From Rhizaria sp. SCN 62-66 (taxonomy: Eukaryota), in contig MEDY01000104.1 in NCBI GenBank assembly GCA_001724265.1, positions 124,001-187,809 on the forward strand: a stretch of DNA of 63,809 bases, in the 5' to 3' direction. Below the pieces are notes generated by a model. The model did not search any database and had not been told where the DNA came from. It saw nothing but the letters and a program-made list of their open reading frames with translations. The translations under genes and the position numbers were made by a program. This document shows positions 12,601-24,800 of this stretch, one piece after another (within the stretch, counting starts at the first letter, position 1; the number at the start of each line of letters is the position of its first letter).

Positions 12601-13384
12601 GCACGCGTTTGCGCTGCCGCTGCACGCAGTCGCCATCCGCCGCCGCCCTTCAACCACCACCACGGCGACAACTACTAAGCGCGATCACAGTAGCACAAAC
12701 GCCACAAACACGAGCGTTGTTCACGTCCGCATCGAGAGCAGTCTTAGCCGCAGCCACAACGGCATCCACGCCGCGGGCGCTCACCCCAGCTCGACCGCCA
12801 GCGTCTCCGGTGGCGTGTCGTCCGACGCCGCCAGCGCCGCTGCGAGCGCGATCGGCACTGTCGGGGAAGTGACCGGCGCGGCGGGGCTGGGGCTCTGGTA
12901 CGAGGCCGCGAGCCACGCGCACGAGCGCACTGACCGCGACCTCGACAGCCACGGCGGCGCCAGCGCCGAGAACAGCGGCAGTGCCGGCGCGGACAACAGC
13001 GGTGCGGGCGCTGACGGCAACAGTGGTAGCGACAGCGCAGTCGCCGCCGACAGCCACGGCCCGTCGACGGACGCGCTGGTCGGCACGCCCGTGGGCCCCT
13101 CGCTGCTCTCGTTGCTTGTCCGCCGACTCACGGTCATCGAGCCCGTCCCGGCCCACGGTCACCCGGCCCACGGTCACCCTGCCCTCGGTCACTCCGCCGC
13201 CGCTGCGACGACGGAGGCCCCCGCGGTGTGGTTCGGACTGGAGCGGCTCTCAATCACGCGCTCGCAGTCGCAGGGCGTCCCGCTCATCGTCGCCGGCGTC
13301 GCGCTCGTCACCGCCGCGCTCGCCGTCGCCTGCGGCAGCAAGGTGCGCAGCGCAGCGGGCATGGGACCTGGCGGCTCCAAGTGA
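9671..13384 (+). CDS. Hypothetical membrane protein, 1237 aa, single exon, two predicted TM helices
   Basis: Long GC-rich ORF between AT-rich flanks. Acidic and Cys-cluster N-terminal region; hydrophobic stretches ALAVFLILCLGVLLLLPGLAW and VPLIVAGVALVTAALAVAC; stop TGA. No family recognised. Confidence 0.75.
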   Translation: MASRPSAATAASAGSAPAGAAPASAAEPLASLPAPSYLTTERPGDVWRRPQPWEVADSDSETEEFNSSDHGRRGLHARPHDPELDGPAAPRGADAARALVSRRTRARSHNKGGGSRKQRHQQPGSGSGSGSDDDNDNNTDSEDSDEDEDEDVSSSNSGSGSSSGSSHETSDRQQRRISDREQLKQQGKISDDGCDLELDNDTSVPNGKATAAVGISLVPTHSNNNKASASADSSRHGRKKSANYDNDDDDDDDYDDDDDFTLAGSVLAVTPLPLRPCLIPCLGVCCCYSASDARRRRGRRRHGHGRASGRSHDSDSDSDCSCCCSLKSLRWGVRAIAAVTQSVCCGGIDGNYRGRRGGQIDYHGSGSGPGAVNTHDVSAKTGGLGSWGGLGKLLPFLSSSSGSNIHNPSNGGGDFGGFGNTYAYDIDDGVGAGAGTGGSLSAHRSKRGSARRGDALFDPLAGAHCAPAPRALAVFLILCLGVLLLLPGLAWRLQPVAEPAPLVALRLCSLGAVAAAGAGAAGSGVNSAALEAVLAPPVYANAKTNSKGLAHLHAALSNSHSGKSFDADAAAAAAGPSTDEDEDDDAFLWPPAHFFGPKGDFFGTGSAQFNVFVSSAAPCSAGPPASDPDYDNNGDGYASSLVETDSSVSNEATATANAATASTASSTSVITAATAAAAATAAAAATAAAIGSHVYQSALVSPLPLSVGLHYAPALYAPAGVVVVAHLQLVEKTPIALSTAAGGNSASASGAFVGDSGYSVVVRDISLYIDTTDPGNPLAYTFVPRPPLTRDVGSSEATLTQGGDVSTPVVLSVNSKRYAIDMRRNAFVAPTAAAKPDGESLSKANKTNTVGVAVSSATATVGPRVYYPDPLSALSALSQGQSAAHSKSGLGTLNAGVSTPAVSSSVSALTLASCLSPFLGCHTQLPTVYTHTNREAETETATDSTNSTESADANAGARSTSTQSKQTGDEDGVDGNMHAFALPLHAVAIRRRPSTTTTATTTKRDHSSTNATNTSVVHVRIESSLSRSHNGIHAAGAHPSSTASVSGGVSSDAASAAASAIGTVGEVTGAAGLGLWYEAASHAHERTDRDLDSHGGASAENSGSAGADNSGAGADGNSGSDSAVAADSHGPSTDALVGTPVGPSLLSLLVRRLTVIEPVPAHGHPAHGHPALGHSAAAATTEAPAVWFGLERLSITRSQSQGVPLIVAGVALVTAALAVACGSKVRSAAGMGPGGSK

Positions 13385-13847
13385 GTGGGGGGTGACTTGA
13401 CCAGAAGTGCGTCGGTGTCAATGTCTTTGCTTGGCGAAGGTGAAAGACAATCTTTTTGTTCTTGTTTGGATTTAATGTACATGCACAAGTGTTATTTAGT
13501 TCTTTTTTTTATTACTGTATTTGTTTTGCGCTATTCAATACAGTTTGCAGTTTGAAGATTCGTTCGATGTGTGTTGCTTGAGAGCTTCTATGAAGCAGTT
13601 TAGGTGTAGTCGAAGTTTGAACATGTCGATGTATTGATAATGTTGTAATACGGTCATCCAATAGAAGGATATAAGGCTAAGTAACTGATGTTGACAAACA
13701 GTTGCGGCAAAAGTGTGTGCAATCGTGACCAATTGGAATCTGCGACCGCGACAATCTTGTTAAAGTAGTAGTTTGGATAAAGTGACGAATCGAACGTGCG
13801 TATAAAAACTGACAATGATACAGCAAAATGGAAGTGCCTCGATCAGC

Positions 13848-15266
13848 TCACCGCTTCGCCCCCTTACCCGCCCCGCTTACACCGCCGCTGCCGGCGGTGC
13901 CGAAGCCGCCCACGGGACTCATCCCGCCGCAGCCAGCGCTCGCGCCCGCGCCGCCGCTGCCAACCACGCTCGAGTTGCTGCCGTAGCCGCTGCTGTGGGC
14001 CTGCATTCCGAAGCCGCCCCCCATTGCAGTCACCATCGCCCCGCTAACGCTGCCGCTGCCCCTGCTGTTGTAGCCGTTCTTGTTGTTGTTGTTGTAGCCG
14101 TGGGTACGCGTGCCCGCGAGCACGTCCGGCAGCGAAGCAACGGCCTCGCGCTCGGCGCGGCTCTCCGTCTCGCGGCGGCGCGCGGCGGCCGAGCGGCGGC
14201 GCTGGTCGGCCTCCGCGGCGCGGCGCCGACCACGGGCCGCCTCGGCCGTCTCGGCGCAGTGCGCCTGGATCAGCGCGCCGCTCGCGCGTGTCTGCCAGAG
14301 CAGACTGGAGAGCTTGCCACTGGAGCCGGCGTCACTGGCACTGGCGCTGTTGCCGTGGTCAGGGGGCGCGGCGAAGTTGGGACGAATCGCGTCGTTGTCC
14401 TCCACAGCCGCCGCCGCCGCAGCGGCAGCAGCAGTCTCAGCCTTGACGGTGTTTGTGCTGGGTTTGTCCTTGTTCGTAATGATGCAGTAGTCGTCGCTCG
14501 TGGCCTTGCTTGCGTTATTCCGCGCCTTGCTACTATGGGTGTTGACGAATGTGTTGCTGGCGTCACGGTGCTTCTTGCCCGTCTGCCGCGGCGCCAGCGA
14601 CGCGTACGCCGCCGTCCCGGGCGCCGGCTTGGCGTCCGTCGCGAACGGCGCCGTCGCAGGACTGCCAGACGCAGTCGACGCATTCATAAAGCCAGTGCCA
14701 GTGCCAGTGTAGTGGCGCTGCTGCGGCCGGTGCGCGTCCTTGCCCTCGCTGGCGGCGGCGGCGCCCGTGCTGAGCGCGGCCGTGGTGGCGCCCGCGGCGT
14801 CGCTGTGGTAGTGGCGGATCGACGGCGGCCACTCGTTGTTGGCGTGCGCCGCGCCGATGCTCGCGAGCGACCCCGCACCCCGGGCGGCGCCCGTCGCGCC
14901 GCCGCCCAGCGCGAGCGTGCTGCCGGCTGAGGCCGTGGAGGCGAGGGAGCGCCGCGCGGGCCGCGGGGCCGCCGTGACTGCCTCCCAGGGCGCGGTTACT
15001 GTCCGGCCACTCGAGGCGGCGGCAGAGGCGTCGGAGGAGTGCGCGGCGGCCGAGGCGTGGTAGGTGCGGATCGTGGTGTGAACGGGGGGCGTGGTGGTGC
15101 TGCTGAGGACTGCGAAGGGCGCGACTGCGGGCGCGTGGTGCGCAGTCGAGTAGCGGGCAAGCGGGCGGTGCTTCGAGGCCCACGTTGTCGCTGTCGTTGT
15201 TGCCATAGTCGCGGCGGGGCTGGGTCCTGCTGCTGCCGCGTCAAAAACAGTGCTTTCCGTGGACAT
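13848..15266 (-). CDS. Hypothetical low-complexity protein, 472 aa
   Basis: ATG-to-TGA ORF that coincides with a GC-rich block and has the same Ala/Ser/Asn/Gly bias as neighbouring genes. Contains a short charged helix. No family recognised. Confidence 0.65.
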   Translation of the reverse strand: MSTESTVFDAAAAGPSPAATMATTTATTWASKHRPLARYSTAHHAPAVAPFAVLSSTTTPPVHTTIRTYHASAAAHSSDASAAASSGRTVTAPWEAVTAAPRPARRSLASTASAGSTLALGGGATGAARGAGSLASIGAAHANNEWPPSIRHYHSDAAGATTAALSTGAAAASEGKDAHRPQQRHYTGTGTGFMNASTASGSPATAPFATDAKPAPGTAAYASLAPRQTGKKHRDASNTFVNTHSSKARNNASKATSDDYCIITNKDKPSTNTVKAETAAAAAAAAAVEDNDAIRPNFAAPPDHGNSASASDAGSSGKLSSLLWQTRASGALIQAHCAETAEAARGRRRAAEADQRRRSAAARRRETESRAEREAVASLPDVLAGTRTHGYNNNNKNGYNSRGSGSVSGAMVTAMGGGFGMQAHSSGYGSNSSVVGSGGAGASAGCGGMSPVGGFGTAGSGGVSGAGKGAKR

Positions 15267-15864
15267 AAGTAGCAGCTAGCAGAGCGCAGAAGAAACAGAC
15301 TGGCTCGCTGCGAAGGAAGGGCTGGGCACTGAGGTTTGTAAGCGCCGAGAAGTTGGAGAAACGGCTCTGAAAGGGCGAACATCAGGGAAATGGGTGGAGC
15401 GAATGATTTTCGTAGAGTGAGCACGTATTAAAAGAAATCCAACATGGTTAGAAACATATAAATCACACAAAGACAAATTTGTTTGTCTTGACAGATAGAT
15501 GAACACGCACGAGGATGAAACTACAAGCTCCAGTCCGGGATGAGAGAAGAAAAAAGAGTTGCATGCGGACGGCCGACGCGAGGCGGCGGATTCAAATTTG
15601 AATAAACACGTCCTGGCTGGGCGCGTTCTCGTGGTATTTTTGTAGTGCGGTTTACTCGCACAATACTCCACATAGTAGACCATACTGATTCGTATTTATA
15701 TGCTGTAATATGTAAGATACGTCTTTGATATCCTCATCCACAGTTGCTCACACTGCACTCTCGCTTCTCCTCATGCCTGTGCCCCCTTGCAGCCGCCCTA
15801 CCGAGCCGCTTTCCCAACTAAAGTTTCTGCTTTTATATTTATACGACAACTAACACATCTAGCC
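15267..15864. promoter_or_regulatory. Putative bidirectional promoter between the 472-aa gene and the dynein-2 heavy chain
   Basis: 598-bp head-to-head gap containing the palindrome ATTCAAATTTGAAT (15590-15603). Confidence 0.4.
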
Positions 15865-18800
15865 ATGGATTTCCAGCAGGGCCTGGGCCAACAGGGCAAC
15901 ATGTCCTCTGTCCCCGCGCCCGGCGCCTCGGCTGCCTCCCAGCCCGGTCTGGACCTCTCGTACCTCACTGCACCCGTGCTGTCGCTGCTGTCATTCGACC
16001 GCGCGGCCGACGCCACCGCATACGCCGCGGCCGAGCGTCACCTGCTCGCCAGCGAGGCTACCACACGCTTTCTCTCAGAGTCAGACTGCGCCCTCCTCTG
16101 GCTCCGCCGCCCGCCCTCTGTGACTAATAACTCTAAAAACAGTAGCGCTGGCACCGACTTCAGCGTGAGCAACATCATCGCCAGCTCCGTTCTCACTACG
16201 ACCGCGGCCGACGCTGCCCCCGGCGCCGCTTTTGCCGCCTCCGCCGCGGTGCCGCACACGGACGTGTTCGTGGTCAAGCGCGCGCCCTGCACCAGCGCGT
16301 CGGTCTCGCCATCTTTGCAGTCGCTTATCACGGTGCTGTCGTCGCAGGGCGACCCGCTGTCGACGCTCTACTCCGCCCTGCACCACGTCTTCGCACCCGC
16401 GCTGTCCAGCACGAGTGCGAGCGCCGGCGCTACGACCGCTTCCGGCTCTGGCTCGAGCGCCAGCTCCAAGCCTCTGGACCCAGCTCTTGGCCCCGCCCTG
16501 TCGGCCGCGGACGCCGCGCTGCTCCGCACGCTTTCCTACACGCCCTACAATAGCAACGCCGCCGGCTCCGGTGCTGGCTCTGGCTCCAACAGCGCAGTCG
16601 CCGCCGCCGTGGCCGCAGTTGTCACTGCCCCCGTCGCTGGCTCTGCTGCTGGCGGCGGCATGCCGCAGCAGCCCACGCACGTGTCCCCCGCGATCCTCTC
16701 CTCGCTGCCCTCGCTGGCGGCCGAGACGGCCTTCTGGCGCGGGCTGGCCACCTCGCTGGGCGGCAAGCGCGCGCACGCCGTGGCCGCCTACGCCGACGCC
16801 GTCGAGAAGGCGGGCGCGCGCGCAGAGACCGTGGCCGCCGCCTGCCACGCCGTCTCCGCCGCCGTCGGCGCGAGCGGCGCGGGCGGCGCCCATAGTAACG
16901 CGGCAGGAATGCTCCCCAGCGAGCAGGACATGCAGATGCTGCTCGAGGAGGCCACTGACATGCTGTCCGACTTGTGGTTGGCGAATTATCCGTCGCTGCC
17001 GTCGTCCTCGGCCGCCGCCACGGCCTCCGCGCCCGCGGCGGCGCGCCAGACCGCGCTGCGCCGCGTGTGCACGCTCGTGTCGCAGTGCCTTTGCGTCTAC
17101 GCCCGGGCTGCGGTCCGCGCCGCGGGGCCCTGGACCAGCATCCCCTACACGCAGGCCAGGTCCGTCCAGCTTTTCCTCATTGCGAATCCTGCACCAGTTT
17201 ATAATCGCCTTTAAAGTTATAGTCATTCTTCCAAGTCCATTTTGTTATTTCCATATATCATTGCAAAAATTTCCCCTTTTTTATTTTTTTATTCGTTTCA
17301 CTCACTTTTACTTTATTTGTGTTTTGTTATATCCCGTTGTGTCACTCCACTGATAGGGAGACGCTGACCTCCGCGGCCTCTGTCCTGGCCTCCTGGCAGT
17401 CGGTCGTGTCTTCCCACCTCGCGCGCTTCTCCTCCCACACCGCCGCCGGCAGCAGCTCCAGCGCGAACGCCGCGAACGCTGCCGAGTGCGGCTACTACTG
17501 GGCCGATCCCGAGCTGGCGCTGCTGCTGGCGCGGCTCAAGGAGATGTTGTCGCTGCGCACCCTCGTCCACGACCTCACCAAGGCGCTGCCGCCCGCCCTC
17601 TCGCAGCAGCAGCAGGGCCGGCCCGGCGCCAACAGCGACGCAGCGCTGGCGGCGCAGCTGACGTCGGGCGCTGTGTTCTCCATCTTCACCAACAGCAACA
17701 GCAGCAGCAGCAGTGACTCTGGCTCTGGTTCTAATGCTAGCGCCGGTGGTTTCGACGCTCTGCTGTGCGCCCCGCACGCCCAGGAGCACTGGCGCTGCGC
17801 CGTGGCCGCGTTCAACAACTTGCTGGCGCCGATCGAGACAGCGGTGGCGACAGTGCTGACGGCCAAGCTGCGCGCGTTGCAGCAGCACCCGGCGCTATTC
17901 GTCGCCGAGTGCGCGGCTGCGGCGTCGCTGCTGCGCCGACCCGCAGTCAAAGCTGTCGTTGCGGCCGAGACCGACGCGCTGCTGGCGGTACTGGCGACCG
18001 TGGTCAGCGAGCGCGAGGCCGAGGTCGCCGCCAAGACCGCCGCTGGTGGCAGCAAGAAGAGCAGTGCCGCCATTGCGTTCATCGCCAACGGCGGCGGGAG
18101 CAGCTCTAACTCGAGTGTGAGCGTGGTCGGGGGCAAGAACATGACCTCCGCGGTGGCGGCGCTGGTGTGGTGCGCGCAGACGCTGCACAAAATCAAGCAG
18201 ATTAGCGCGATCACCGCCCTGCTGCGCCAGCAAAATGCTGATTCTAGCGCGAGCACCGCGAACAGCAACGCGTCCAGCGGCGGCCTGGGCCAGGCGCTGA
18301 CGGCGCGTGTGCGCGCGTTGTTCGACAAGGTGACTGCGCACCAGAAAGAGGTCTTCTTCAGCTGGCACGAGGACGTCCTGGCGCTGGCCACCGACCCCCA
18401 CTCGCCTCTGAACAACGCCGGTGCCGCGGGCAGCAGCGGCGCGACGGGCACCCAGATCATGGCCCTGGACGTGCAGGGCAGCGGGCAGCTCATCGTGTAC
18501 TTCGACGACCGGCTCGTGGCGCTGCTGCGTGAGGTGCGCCAGGTCACCGAGCTTGGCTACGGCCGCTTCCTCTCGCCCACGGTCACCGCGCTGGTTGAGC
18601 GCGCACAGCGCAACTACCGCTACGCGCTGCGCGTGAAGCAGGCGGCCAACTTCTTCAACTCGTTCCACACCGAGGTCGTGCCCTCGCAGCTGGGGCTGCT
18701 GCTGACCGACGCGCAGCGCTTCGAGGAGGCCATCCGGCGCAACGCGGGCGTGCGCTGGGACAGGCCCGACGAGGCCGAGGGCTATCTGGACGCGCTGACG

Positions 18801-21800
18801 GACATCATGAAGGGGCTGGAGCGCCGCAACCACGGGTTGCGCGCGCTGCACGACCGCCTCGTCGCGCTCGTCGCTGAGCTGGCCGCCGTCTCGCCCGCGC
18901 GCGGCGGCCGCGGCACGTGGGAGGACCGTCTGCGGCAGGTCGCGGCCGTGTTCGCCAACGGGAACTACATCAACAACAGCACGACGACGCCGCAGGCCGT
19001 GGCGGCTTGGAAGGCGCATTGGGATCAGCAGCTCTTCAAGGCCGTCAGCGTGCAGTTCCGGCTCTCGCTGGCCGCGCTGGCCGAGACGCTGCCGGGCCTG
19101 GCCTGCGAGCTCACCCTCGCCACCAAGTCCATCGCGCTCCCTTCTTCTCAAGCGAGCGCGAGCGGCAGCGCGAACAGCAATGCGGCGAGCACGACGAGCG
19201 GTGGCGTGCTGACGTTGACCTCTGTGGCCGTGTCACCCTCGCTGCCGGACCTGCGCGCGCGCCTTTTCCGCGCCCTGAAGCAGCTGCTCGACTGGCCGCT
19301 CACGGTCACGCCGCTGGGCGGGCCGCAGGGCCACGGCGCCGCGCTGCTGCGGCTCATCCCCGGGCTCAACCCCGACGCCGTCGCCGCCGTCTACACCTCG
19401 GCGGCGCGCACGCTTGGCGACCTAGACGCGCTGCGCGCCGCGCTCGACGCCAAGTGGGGGCCCGCCCTCGCGCTCGCGCACGGCCAGTCTGCTGCTGCCA
19501 CGGGCTCGAATAACCAGGCCAGCTCTGGAGCGGCTGTGGCGGGGTTGGACCCGCTGACCGCGCTGGCGTGCGAGACGCTGACGCAGCTGCCGCACTGGAA
19601 CGAGAACTTTGCGACGCACCAGCGGCTGCAGCGCGAGGCCGGCGCCGTGCCCGACAAGCAGAAGGTCGGCTGCTTCGTCGTGTCGCTCGGGCCCTTTAAG
19701 GCCGCGCTCGACGAGGCGCTCACCAAGTACGTCGATTCTATTTTAAAAACAACATTTGTTGCGATTCATTTGTGAATTTCATATTTGTCTAATATCACCA
19801 CTTGCTTTTTTTACATGCAATGCTAACCTTGTTGACTTATCGTCTCTTTTGTTCATCTCCCATCTAGGTTCTGGACGGCGCTTGTGGTGTCTCTCAAGAC
19901 GAGTCTACTGGCCGACTGCCGCGATCTGGACACGTTTCTGTCCTCGGCCACGGCCACGCTGAGCACGAAGCCGCGCTCGATGGCGGACATGACCGAGGCC
20001 AAGCGCGCGTGGAAGCAGATCTCGCAAGACAAACCCAGCAAGCACTCGCTCTTCTCGCAGATCACCGCCAAGGACTCGCTGCTGACGGAGAAGCTGCGCG
20101 CCAACGCCAGCCCCTCGCTCTACGGCGGGGACTCGACGGCGCTCTCGTCCACGGGCTCCGGCGCCGACACCGAGGTGCTGCGCGCCAAGTGGGACGACTT
20201 CGAGGTCCTGCTCTCGGGATTCACCGCAATGTACGTCACTCAGGCACATTCTTTTCTAAAATGAAAACATGTCATTTTACGCAAAACAGTCACAACGAAT
20301 TAAACACAATTTCTCACTTCATTATCTTTTCATACTTTATTTGACGCTTTTTGTTGCGTTTTAGGCTTGAGGGCGAGCGCGAGCACTTTAAGACGACCGT
20401 GACCCGCGACATCACCGACTTCACCGCGGACCTGGCCAAGTTTGCGTCTCGCTGGCAGGCGCTCAAGCCGGTGCCCAACGACGGCCGCGGCGGCGCCGTG
20501 ACTGTCGAGGCGGCCCGCGAGATCCTGCTCGCGCTGGCGTCCTGGGAGGACGAGTCCGCGGCGGTCGCCGCGCGCGCCGCCGAGCTCACCACGGCCGCCG
20601 TGCAGTTCGAGCTGCCCTCGCCCGCGCCCGCCTTTGCGCAGTGCGCCGCCGTGACGGCCGAGATCGCGGCGATGCGCGGTGCGTGGGGGCTATACGAGGA
20701 GTACTCGGCCGCGCTCTCCGTGATGACCAGTGAGCTCTGGGTGGCCTTCCGCCCGCGCGTAAACAGCCTCGAGGACTTCGTCAAGTCGTGGCAGCGCCGT
20801 CTGCGCGGCCGTCAGTCGGACCAGGTCCAGGAGGCGCTGCTGGAGGAGCTCAAGAACACGCTGCAGACGTTCCCGCTGCTCAAGAAAGTTACTGGCGAGG
20901 CGTTTCAGCGCGAACACTGGCGCGTGCTCTTCAGCAAGCTTTCCATGCCTGCCTCGGTCTCGATCGAGACGCTGACGCTGGGCGACCTCATGGCCGTCGC
21001 GGACAAGATGCGCGCCAAGAGCAAGGACATCAGCGACCTGGCGGCGCGCGCGCAGGGCGAAGTGCTCATTCGCGAGGCCGTGCAGGAGGTCAAGACGTGG
21101 ATGTCGCAGGCCGAGTTTGCAACGCTGTCCCACGGCCTCACCATCATCAACGCCGGCGCGAGCAGTAGCAAGCACACGGTGACGCTGATCAAGGACTGGA
21201 AGGCGCTGTTCGCAGACATGAGCGACCAGGCCGCGCTCATCTCCTCGCTCAAGGAGTCGCCCTATTTCCCCCCGTTCGCCGACGTTGCGCTGCAGTACGA
21301 GGCGCGGCTTAACTTGCTCACCGAGGCGCTGACGGACCTGAACCAGGTTCAGCGCCGCTGGGTGTATCTCGAGCCCATCTTCGCTCGCGGCTCGCTGCCG
21401 CAGGAGCAGGCGCGGTTCGCTCGCATTGACCGCGACTTCAAGGAGATCATGGCCGCCGTGGCTGCGGACAAGCTCGTCGCGTCGCTGGCGTCTTTCCCGG
21501 CGCTGAAGCAGACCGCGGAAGGGCTGCTGGAACAGCTGGAGCGGTGCCAGAAGGCACTCAACGCGTTCCTGGAGAGTAAGCGCGACCAGTTCCCGCGCTT
21601 CTACTTCTTGGGCGACGACGACCTGCTGGAGCTGCTGGGTCAGAGCGACAACGTCAGCGTCATCGACAACCACGTCAAGAAGCTCTTTGCGGGCATCCAC
21701 TCGGTCGTGTTTGACACCGCGGGCGGCTCGGGCCAGTCCAAGGGCGTAATCGTGGCATTCCAGTCGAAGCTCAAGGAGACGGTGGCGCTGCGTCGGCCGG

Positions 21801-24800
21801 TCCCTCTGACGGTCAACGTCGAGCAATGGCTCGCTCAGCTCACTGCAAACATGCAGGAGACCCTGCTGGCGCTGCTCATCGACTGCGTCGCGGCCGCCAA
21901 CGCGAGCAGCGGCGCCGGCGCCGGGACCGGTAGGGCGAGCGCGTTCCTGCCGATCAAGGACTTCGCAGCGTACCCCGCGCAAGTGCTGAACCTGACCGAG
22001 GCAGTGCTCTTCGCGCGCCTGATCGAGTCCGCGGTGCCCACGGCGTCGCTGCCGTCAGCCGTGGCGCAGCTGGAGCACCGGCTTGAGGCGCTGACCTCGG
22101 TCAACACGGCCGGCGACGCCGTGCTCGAGTACAAGGTCAAATCGCTCGTGCTGGATGTGATCCACTACGTCGAGGTCGCCAAGGGGCTCGTGCAGCAAAA
22201 GGTCACGGCCATCGACAGCTGGCAGTGGCAAAAGGAGATCCGCTCCTACTTGCTCACCAAGGACGGGGCCGCGCACGCCGACGCCGCGGCACTGCAGCAG
22301 CGCGCGAGCGGCAGCGGCAGCAAGCGCGTCTACGACAAGTCGCAGGTGCAGTGCGTGGTCAAGATGGTCAACGCCACCTTCGCATACACCTTCGAGTACC
22401 AGGTACGACATGAACAAAACACTGAATTGAAGCTTACTATATAGCTATATATAACCAATATCACACCAAGCCACCCAAATCTTTTATTTGTACAATTCAT
22501 TCACATCATGCTCTCCTTTATCTCAATTGACTTACATGTATAACCGCAATTGTCTTCTTTTTGTTTTCGCGTCGCTGTTTGTTAGGGCAACGAGGCGCGT
22601 CTGGTGCACACGCCGCTGACGGACAAGTGCTACCTGGTGCTGACGCAGGGCATGCACCTCGGCTACGGCGGCTCGCCCTACGGCCCCGCCGGCACGGGCA
22701 AGACCGAGACGGTCAAGGCGCTGGGCCAGGTGCTCGGCCGCCAAGTCCTGGTCTTCAACTGCGATGAGGGGCTCGACTTCCAGTCCATGGGGCGCATCTT
22801 CGCCGGGCTTGTCAAGTCAGGCGCATGGGGCTGCTTCGACGAGTTCAACCGCCTCAAGGAGGACCAGCTGTCCGCGGTGTCGCAGCAGATCCAGGTGATC
22901 CAGACGGCCTTCAAGCGCGGCGAGAGCGAGTGCTGCCTGCTAGGCAAGCAGATCGCCGTCGACGCCAACGCCGCCATCTTCGTCACGATGAACCCGGCGT
23001 CGAAGGAGTACGGCGGCCGCTCGAAGCTGCCGCACAACCTCAAGGAGCTGTTCCGCGCCGTTGCCATGTCCGTGCCCGACAACACGCTCATCGCGCAGGT
23101 GCTGCTCTACGCCGAGGGCGTCGCCTCGGCCGCCAGCCTCGCCACCAAGCTCGTCGAGGTCTACACGCTGTCCAAGCAACTGCTCTCGCAGCAGATCCAC
23201 TACGACTGGGGGTTGCGCGCGCTCAAGACCGTGCTCCGCCACTGCGGCACAGTCGTCCAGCGCGCCAAGCAGGCCAAGCGCACCGCCGCGGCTTTGCAGT
23301 CTAGCGCTGGCGCTGGCGCTGAGTCTACTGAGATGGTGCGGCTGAGCGCGGCCGAGGAGGCCGAGCTGCTCGTGTCGGTGCTCAAGATGAACACGCTCTC
23401 GAAGCTGACGTTTGCGGACGCCACGCGCTTCACGCAGCTGCTCTCGGATGTCTTCCCGGGCGTCCGCGACGAGCCGCAGGTACGCGCAATTTCACATCAC
23501 TGTATATTTTGAATGTTTCTCGCTTTTTATTTCTCTCATTCAAAAATACCTCATATTCTTTATTTTGCTCCCTTTTCTGTAACTTGCCCACAGTCGCACC
23601 CTGCGCTGCGCACGGCTGTGCTGGCCGTGCTGTCAGAACTGGGTCTACAGGCGACCCCGCGGCAGCTGCACAAGATTGACCAGCTCTACGAGGCCGTCTA
23701 CCAGCGCATGGGCGTCGTGCTCGTCGGGCCCTCCGGCGCGGGCAAGAGCACGATGCTGCGCGTGCTGTCGCTGGCGCTGCGCCGGATGGGCGTCGAGGTG
23801 ACGCAGTACACGATGAACCCCAAGGCGACGGACCGCGAGCGGCTGCTGGGCCACATGGACCCCGACACGCGCGAGTGGCACGACGGCGTGCTCACCAACT
23901 CGGCCAAGAAGATCATGCAAGCCGCCGAGACGGCCGGCGCCAACGGAGGCGGCTCCGGCACCAGCACTGCGGCTGCAACCGGCAGCGGTGTGGCTGAGCA
24001 GCGGTCGTGGGTGGTGTGCGACGGTGACGTCGACCCCGAGTGGGTGGAGTCGCTCAATAGTGTGCTCGACGACAACCACTTGCTCACCATGCCCAACGGT
24101 GTACGTTCATTGACAAGCAACAATTCTTTGACATTGTTTATTTTGATTGTGTGTTTTGATTCATGTCTTACGTTAACTTCGATCGAATTTTCAATAATTA
24201 CTCTTATGTGTATGTTTTCTATTGTCTTCTATATTTCTTTTGCTTAACTACAGGCGCGCATTAAGTTCGACGACAGCGTCAACTTCATCTTCGAAACGGA
24301 CTCACTGTCCTTCGCCTCCCCGGCCACGGTCTCCCGCATGGCCGTGATTTACCTCAGCGACGAAGATACCTCGCCCGAGGCCGTGGTCGACTCGTGGCTG
24401 GCTTCGCTGGCCCCCGCCGCGGCTGCCGCGCTGGCGCCCCACATGTCTCTGTTCCACCGCAGCGTCGCGCACGTGCTCACACTCGCTGCCGCGCACCCGC
24501 ACTCGACTTTCGTCGTCCCCACGACCAAGCTCGGGCTGGTCGCCGCCGCGCTGAGCCAGCTGCCCGGCGCGGACACGGCCGAGCGCTTTGCGCAGGGCCT
24601 TGCGCGCGGGCTTACAGCCAACATGTACGCGCAGGCGCGCGTCGCAGTCACGCGCATCGTGTTCGAATGGGCCTCGGTCCGCGTTCCCCCGTCGCCGCAC
24701 GCGCAGCAGCAGCAGAGCGGCGGCGGCATGCTCGACGCGTACATCCCGCTCCCGCGTCTAAATGCCGGTGCCGGCGCTCCCTTAGACGGCGGTGCCAGCG

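Noticed and set aside
15276-15683. Minus-strand ORF in frame with the 472-aa gene and separated from it by a TAG (15276-15278), a possible sixth recoded site
   Set aside because: The upstream part is AT-richer, spans the presumed promoter and lacks coding-type composition. It is ambiguous, so it was not counted as evidence.
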